This document shows, piece after piece, positions 46,048-47,705 of a stretch of 47,705 bases of DNA (within the stretch, counting starts at the first letter, position 1; each line of letters starts with the position of its first letter). The DNA is from Candidatus Latescibacterota bacterium (lineage in GTDB: Bacteria; Latescibacterota; Latescibacteria; Latescibacterales; Latescibacteraceae). The stretch spans positions 1-47,705 of the forward strand of contig JAFGMP010000263.1 of the NCBI GenBank assembly GCA_016927495.1, read 5' to 3'. The notes below the pieces were generated by a model. It was not told where the DNA came from and made no database searches. It worked only from the letters and a program-made list of their open reading frames with translations. Made by a program: the position numbers and the translations under genes.

Positions 46048-46782
46048 ATGTCACACTGCATTTTCTGTGGCGACAGGTCGGGAGCATTCACGACACGAGA
46101 ACACATTCTACCCGAATCGCTCGGTGGTGGCGACTGGGCAGTACTACCTGACGGGCTGTACTGCAACGTGTGCCAGAATCACTTCGGCTCTGAGATTGAG
46201 CAACAAGCCCTTGGGGACTACCCCTTCTCATTTCTCCGTGTATTCCTTGGTATTCCTACTAAGAAGAGAAAGGCACCATGGTTCAGCAGCTGGGAGGGAA
46301 TAATCAGAGCTTCACTACAGCCGGGAACGTTTGGATTTGATCCAGCTCCGCCTTTTGAGGAGGCAACCTTCAATCGCAGAAAGACTCAGATTCGACTCCT
46401 TGCCCAACCAATGAAGCCAGACATGATTTGTAGGTTCCTCCTGAAAATGGGAATCGAGGTCGTAGCATCAGACAAACCTGACGATGTATTTCACAGCAAA
46501 TTTGATAATACCCGGAAATATGCCCTCACGGGTGACAAAAGCGTTCCGTGGTGGTACATTCAACAAGAACGAATTGATGAAGCGTCACATTTAATAACAC
46601 AAGGTGTGTCATAAGCAGAGTGGTGTAAAAGTGTAAAACTTGAAGTCATTAAACTGGACGGAGAACAAGAGATGTTTCACATCAAACTCCTTTTCCTTGA
46701 CCTATTCACACCATTAACGACAAACGTAGAACCACAAATAGAAGGTCTTTATGAACCAGAGTGCCGACTTTTCCGAGTTTGA
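46048..46782 (+). pseudogene. HNH endonuclease (HNH_5-like) probably interrupted by a TAA at 46612-46614
   Basis: CIFC, TREHILPESLGG and CNVCQNHFG. After the TAA the same frame stays open for 55 protein-like codons to a TGA at 46780. Confidence 0.6.
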
Positions 46783-46845
46783 GAGAGAAAACGACCCCGA
46801 AGACGGTTATAAAAGAAGTAAATACAATCTACAGTTTTTTATACT

Positions 46846-47592
46846 ATGATTAAATTTCCTACAGAAAAAGACATGCGAAGTTTATATGCGTGCTTTCCTA
46901 TAAAAAGTTTTATAATACGAGACTCTGATTTTGCTATTAAGCAAGCGAATGGTATAGATCATTACGAATGGTTTATACAACTTGCAAAAACTCAGGAGCT
47001 AACAGCATGGAAATTTGTTTTACAGAGTAAATGGAATGATGTAGCTAAAGCTTATGCAATGATGATGTTCTATTATAATCAGGGAATACCTGACGAACCA
47101 TATTTTATTTCTCCAGGAAGAAATGGACAAAGTGTTGAATATTTCCCAAATTTTAGTCATGAGCATTTTGTAATAAAGGATTATTTTGACTTCTATGCAG
47201 ATATCTATTTTTTAAAATTATTTTCAGCAATTGATGATGGTTTATGGCAATTACTTAATGTATATTTTTCTTTAGACATTGATGTTTGTGAAGTCACATG
47301 GAAAAATGTATGCTCAAAAATTGCCAACATTGATAGCATAATTCTGGATTCTTTAAAGGAAATATATAATGACGATCGTTACAGAATAGGTAAAGAGATG
47401 AGAAATAGTATTACTCATCGTCTACCAGTGGGTTCACAGGGTACTGGTATTAGTAGAGAAGAAGATTCAATAAGTTTCGGAATTCATGACTATGTAAGCT
47501 CAAAAAAAACTGTTGAAGTTGCAAAAAATTTGTTAAATTTTTGCATTGAGGCATTAGAGGAATCAAAGAAACTATGTGTTAAATGCAGTTGA
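46846..47592 (+). CDS. HEPN-domain protein (Cthe_2314-like), putative RNase
   Basis: RxxxxH motif in MRNSITH; FDFYADIYFLKLFSAID..QLLN resembles this family as I recall it. Confidence 0.75.
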   Translation: MIKFPTEKDMRSLYACFPIKSFIIRDSDFAIKQANGIDHYEWFIQLAKTQELTAWKFVLQSKWNDVAKAYAMMMFYYNQGIPDEPYFISPGRNGQSVEYFPNFSHEHFVIKDYFDFYADIYFLKLFSAIDDGLWQLLNVYFSLDIDVCEVTWKNVCSKIANIDSIILDSLKEIYNDDRYRIGKEMRNSITHRLPVGSQGTGISREEDSISFGIHDYVSSKKTVEVAKNLLNFCIEALEESKKLCVKCS

Positions 47593-47604
47593 TTGAAAAA
47601 TTGG

Positions 47605-47664
47605 ATTGCAACGAGTCACTAGTGTCATGTCACTCTTGCAATGTCGTATAGAATGATATATATT
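47605..47664 (+). promoter_or_regulatory. sigma70-like promoter with an overlapping inverted repeat
   Basis: TTGCAA(47636)-N17-TATATT(47659); ATTGCAA-c-GAGT...ACTC-TTGCAAT palindrome at 47605-47642. Confidence 0.5.
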
Positions 47665-47689
47665 ACCTCCACACCCAAGGAGGCGATAT

Positions 47690-47705
47690 ATGAAAAAGTA
47701 CAAGG
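47690..47705 (+). CDS. Start of a gene running off the window (MKKYK...)
   Basis: AAGGAGG RBS followed by ATG at 47690. Confidence 0.6.

Noticed and set aside
46782-47690. Integron attC sites around the HNH and HEPN genes
   Set aside because: No convincing RYYYAAC...GTTRRRY pair with an internal hairpin was found, and no integrase is in the window.
1-47705. CRISPR arrays, tRNA/rRNA genes, cobalamin or c-di-GMP riboswitches
   Set aside because: None were recognised by eye in the intergenic regions; an Infernal/Rfam scan would be needed to exclude divergent RNAs.

Overview
Bacterial accessory-rich window using the standard genetic code. A PNPFNP-type C-terminal sorting domain and several secreted carbohydrate-active proteins suggest an FCB-group organism such as Latescibacterota or KSB1 (inference only). 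The left part (1-11 kb) holds a NIPSNAP gene, a heparinase II/III-like lyase divergent from a DHDPS-fold enzyme, an orphan sorting-domain fragment, two TolB-like propeller lipoproteins, a PKD protein, a decayed IS3-family element and an orphan cheW with a sigma54 promoter. From 11 to 30.5 kb lies a largely AT-rich surface-glycan locus: two DegT aminotransferases, two SDR epimerases, a glycosyltransferase, an AsnB-like amidotransferase, a GT-C/methyltransferase fusion, three cobalamin-dependent radical SAM enzymes, a flavoprotein, an ATP-grasp/HAD protein, a methyltransferase and a flippase-like protein. Next come an Lrp gene with a three-gene pnt operon, a HAMP protein, a FemAB-like GNAT, two small proteins sharing a double-glycine leader, a PAD-like enzyme, an oxidoreductase, a sigma54-driven sugar transferase fused to a degenerate GGDEF domain and a GH3. 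The right end is defence-like (REP and MITE-like repeats, Phd-PIN toxin-antitoxin pair, interrupted HNH nuclease, HEPN protein). The best candidate for an undescribed system is the pair of double-glycine-leader peptides at 36241-36730, whose unrelated cores resemble fragments of injection-machine structural proteins. All family calls come from motif recognition by eye; no database search was run.
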